64,000 bases of DNA, taken from the NCBI GenBank assembly GCA_011109175.1, contig RDEW01000006.1, positions 719,232 through 783,231 of the forward strand, written 5' to 3'. Shown piece by piece: positions 60,950 to 64,000 of the stretch. Position 1 is the stretch's first letter. Each line of letters starts with the position of its first letter. Both the position numbers and the translations under genes were made by a program. Source of the stretch: Dicyema japonicum. Taxonomy: Eukaryota > Animalia > Dicyemida. The notes under the pieces were generated by a model. The model was not told the origin of the DNA. It did not search any database and saw only the letters and a list, made by a program, of their open reading frames with translations.

Positions 60950-63150
60950 TGGTGAACAGCCAGACCGGTTTAGAATATTTTGTTAAAGTAGAAAAAAAGC
61001 AAAGAACAGGAATTCTCTAGTTACCCACTCACAAGAGATTATCCAATTGAATCCCATAGAAAGAGTATTTTAAGGAAACTGAGTTGTAGAACTGTGAGAG
61101 TATATTCGATAACTGGCCCTCCTCGAGTTCGGAGCTGTCGAGTAACAATTACAACAAACCGTGGTTGTTAAAGCACTATGATGAGTATGTTTCCCAGCAA
61201 ATGACCAAATTTAATATCAGAGAGGACGAGGATGAGGGGATGATTGAGGTCACGTGGGATATATTAGTAGATCTACAGGAGTGTCTTCGACTCATTTATA
61301 AGTACATTTCAGAGCTACAAACCTCTCCTATCCAAAATTAAACAGCAATATGAACAACGAATCCTAATTCTGGAGCGCCACGTGGCCGAACTAAACCCTC
61401 TAAAGGTTAGGACTGAGCGAAACTGTAGTCAATGTTAATCACCGTGGCAGAGGAGTGCAACAACAGAATCATTGATCTTAGAAAGAGGACAAAAACTGTA
61501 GGAGTTGTTTTGAATAGAAAGACGTTGAGGCAATAAAACAGGAAAACAGCAATTTATACGCAAAAATATCAAATTTATTGGAGGACCAGAATGCCCTGAA
61601 CCACCAAGTGTCCGTCCTGAAAAGACAATTGGGGGAACAGTACTCTGAATATAGGGATGAAGCTGATGCTCGGAAACTGCTTGTGGCTGATCTCAACGAG
61701 CTGAAGCAGCACCAGGACAACCTCCATTCGTCACAGTCCCCCGATCCGGAGAGCCCAAAGGATGACATTACTGTCCTCCAAATAGCCCTAAGGTGGAGTC
61801 GACGATTATTCCAGACAGGCAAAAAGTGACCTCGATAAAGCTCACGGTCGGATCCATTCCATGATGGCGGATTATACGGAAGTGGTCCCTCGAAGGGATT
61901 TTGAAGAAATTCAGAGACAATTCATCGTTTTTTGTTTTATGAGAAATAGAATCTTCAAAGTACTCACGAATTACTGGATGAACAGACCAACAAGCTACGA
62001 GAGGAACATTTGTAGAGATATTTAACCATTTAAGGACTTTGACCAAGACATTTGAACAGGTATTAGAGGAACGGAATGTATATTACTCCCAATGTATGGA
62101 AAAATCAGGCAATTTGACTCCCAGGTACTGCTACGTCTTATATAGACCTGATTGGGGGACTGCCGGTGATGTGGTGCCCAGAGGGAGTGAGGAATGGCAT
62201 AAAGTGATTCAGGACAAGTCAAGCAGAGATATTTTGACTGTCCTTTTGGAAGATCTGTCCTCCCAGGGAACAAAGAAAGATTTTGATGGACAGGTAGTAC
62301 CTCCATTTGAGTTTGTGAGGGAGTTGGGGAGAATGTTCCGACCTATCTCCGTTTTGACGGCAAAATCAAGCCAATTTCGCTTTCGAATGATGAAATGGAC
62401 ACAATTGCACGTGATTTCTGGCATTACAGGGTATTTTAGCCTCATTCTTTCAGTATAAGAATGCTACGGAGTTTGAGGACCGAAGGATCGACGACATTTT
62501 CTTCAACTACATGACTAGCATCTATCCAAACAACGCAGTGGACGCTTGCTACTCGTTCGATAGTCTCTCCAAAGTAGCCAAGTCCCACAAGATCAAGACT
62601 CTCAGAGACATAGTGAATCTGAAAACCCACGAGAACATGTTCCACAGACAAGTTTATGTGTTGGACCAAATCAAACCGGTTTTACAAAATCACGGAGAAA
62701 ACAAAACTATCAACGAAGCTCTGAAGGTCAAACTGTCTGAGATATTTACTTCTGTCTCTGACGAAGAGATCAGCGAGATGGTCGACAACCACGCAAACTT
62801 GTTGGAGGACCAGAATCTGATAAACTCGGTAAACGAAGAACACAACTTTATGCTTGCTGTGTTTGATCTGATGAAGATTGAAAGCGGTCAGTTGGCGGAA
62901 CAGGTGAAGGCCAAGCAAGTGTTCACGTGGTTTGTGATATTTTTAGAAATAACTTTGAATTTAAAAACATCAAAGATATTATTTTGTCGTTGGGAACTCA
63001 AATCTCCGACAAACAGCTAACAAACATCACAAATTGGATCATATCCACACGTACAGTAATGGGGGAGTTAATGGTCCCCTTTATTCAGTATTCTAGGTGA
63101 TGGACAGATTAAAGGAGTGTTACTTGAAGGATATACCGCTTAGTAGAGGA
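60950..63150 (+). CDS. TSNAXIP1: Translin-associated factor X-interacting protein 1; boundaries approximate
   Basis: LKRQLGEQYSEYRDEADARKLLVADLNELK; LTPR..PDW..VVPRGSEEW..ILTVLLEDL. Confidence 0.82.
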
Positions 63151-63249
63151 TTCGAACAAATGCACTAATATTTAAGTTGAAATAATATTCTGATTTATTT
63201 AACCATAATTGTTTACGCTTTCTGATTTACTAATTATTAGCTGACCACC

Positions 63250-63900
63250 AGGTTGGGACCACTGTAAGTAGGGATGACGCATAAGTGCTGGAAAAAATCC
63301 TATTGTCCCGGGTTTGAATCTTACTGCTGTACATTTTGACTGAAGATTCCACGAATCTAAGATGCTTTTGATTGACGGCAACGCTCTCGTCTGTTAATAC
63401 CTCATCGTGGAACCGGATCGTCTACAAAAGTGGTCCCCAACTTTTTCGTTGCCGCGGAATGGTAAGCCTTAGACAATTTTACCGCAGCCCAATGTTGAGC
63501 AATCAAAACACGAGTGACAAGCACACAACACTAGTGACTGAGCTATGACTAATTTTTTGACAAGGCGTAAAAACTTTTATTAAGGAAAGAAAAGAGAGTA
63601 AATATAGCGGCTGCCCTGACTGCGTGGCTATTTCCTCTCAGGATAACGAGCGAGATTCGTTCAAATAACCAGCAGCGCTCACGAGGGTTTCCTGTTCGTG
63701 CAGCGATCCGATTCCCTAGACGACTATGAATTCCAGCGTGGCAGGCGCAAAGGAACCAGAAAAAAAAAACTGAGATATAATTTAAAAACTGCGCACATAT
63801 ATGCTAACTGTATTTCTAAACTGTATTTCTTGTGCGGTCCATCGTTTGGGACCAGTGGTCTACAAGACTCACACGTAACAAAAGCTGTCTGCTATGTGTA
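63250..63900 (+). mobile_element. tRNA-derived SINE copy interrupted by a MITE
   Basis: GGGTTTGAATCTTACTGCTGTAC..GGAACCGGATCGTCTACAA matches 9992-10100 and resumes as GACTCACAC after the MITE. Confidence 0.7.
63428..63857. mobile_element. hAT (Buster-type) MITE, 430 bp
   Basis: Imperfect 14-bp TIRs AAGTGGTCCCCAAC / GTTTGGGACCAGTG; perfect 8-bp TSD GTCTACAA (63420-63427, 63858-63865). Confidence 0.85.
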
Positions 63901-64000
63901 TTATGGCTCTCTTGATAAGTGCTGTTTTAATGGTCAGAGGAGTACTGGGCACGTAGATTTTTCATGGACACATCCCAGTCAGTTTTAACTCCCATAGATT

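Overview
This is eukaryotic, probably animal, genomic DNA. About 15 compact host genes, split by very short (about 21-26 nt) GT-AG introns, alternate with dense, often nested clusters of decayed transposable elements. Recognisable host genes are NELF-C/D, CEP41, SLX4, a RING-H2 E3 ligase, GGPS1, an SLC46-type MFS transporter, an ARHGAP19-like RhoGAP, MTG2/Obg, SPAG7, TVP23, NUDT9, GCLM and TSNAXIP1. Tiny introns plus animal and ciliary genes suggest a genome-reduced ciliated animal parasite such as a dicyemid (inference, not verified). Mobile DNA includes several Ingi/Vingi-like APE-RT LINE families, a two-ORF I-group LINE, RTE LINEs, CRE-type RLE retrotransposons, a tRNA-headed SINE and Buster-type hAT derivatives. 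The most striking locus is the near-full-length LINE at 47.0-49.9 kb. It shows a candidate HDV-like ribozyme fold at its 5' end and a 2A/StopGo motif (GDVEQNPGP) in frame with the endonuclease, the architecture of trypanosome L1Tc/ingi. Several LINE families also share a covarying 3'-terminal stem-loop. All calls were made by eye from remembered family motifs without database searches; many exon and element boundaries are approximate.
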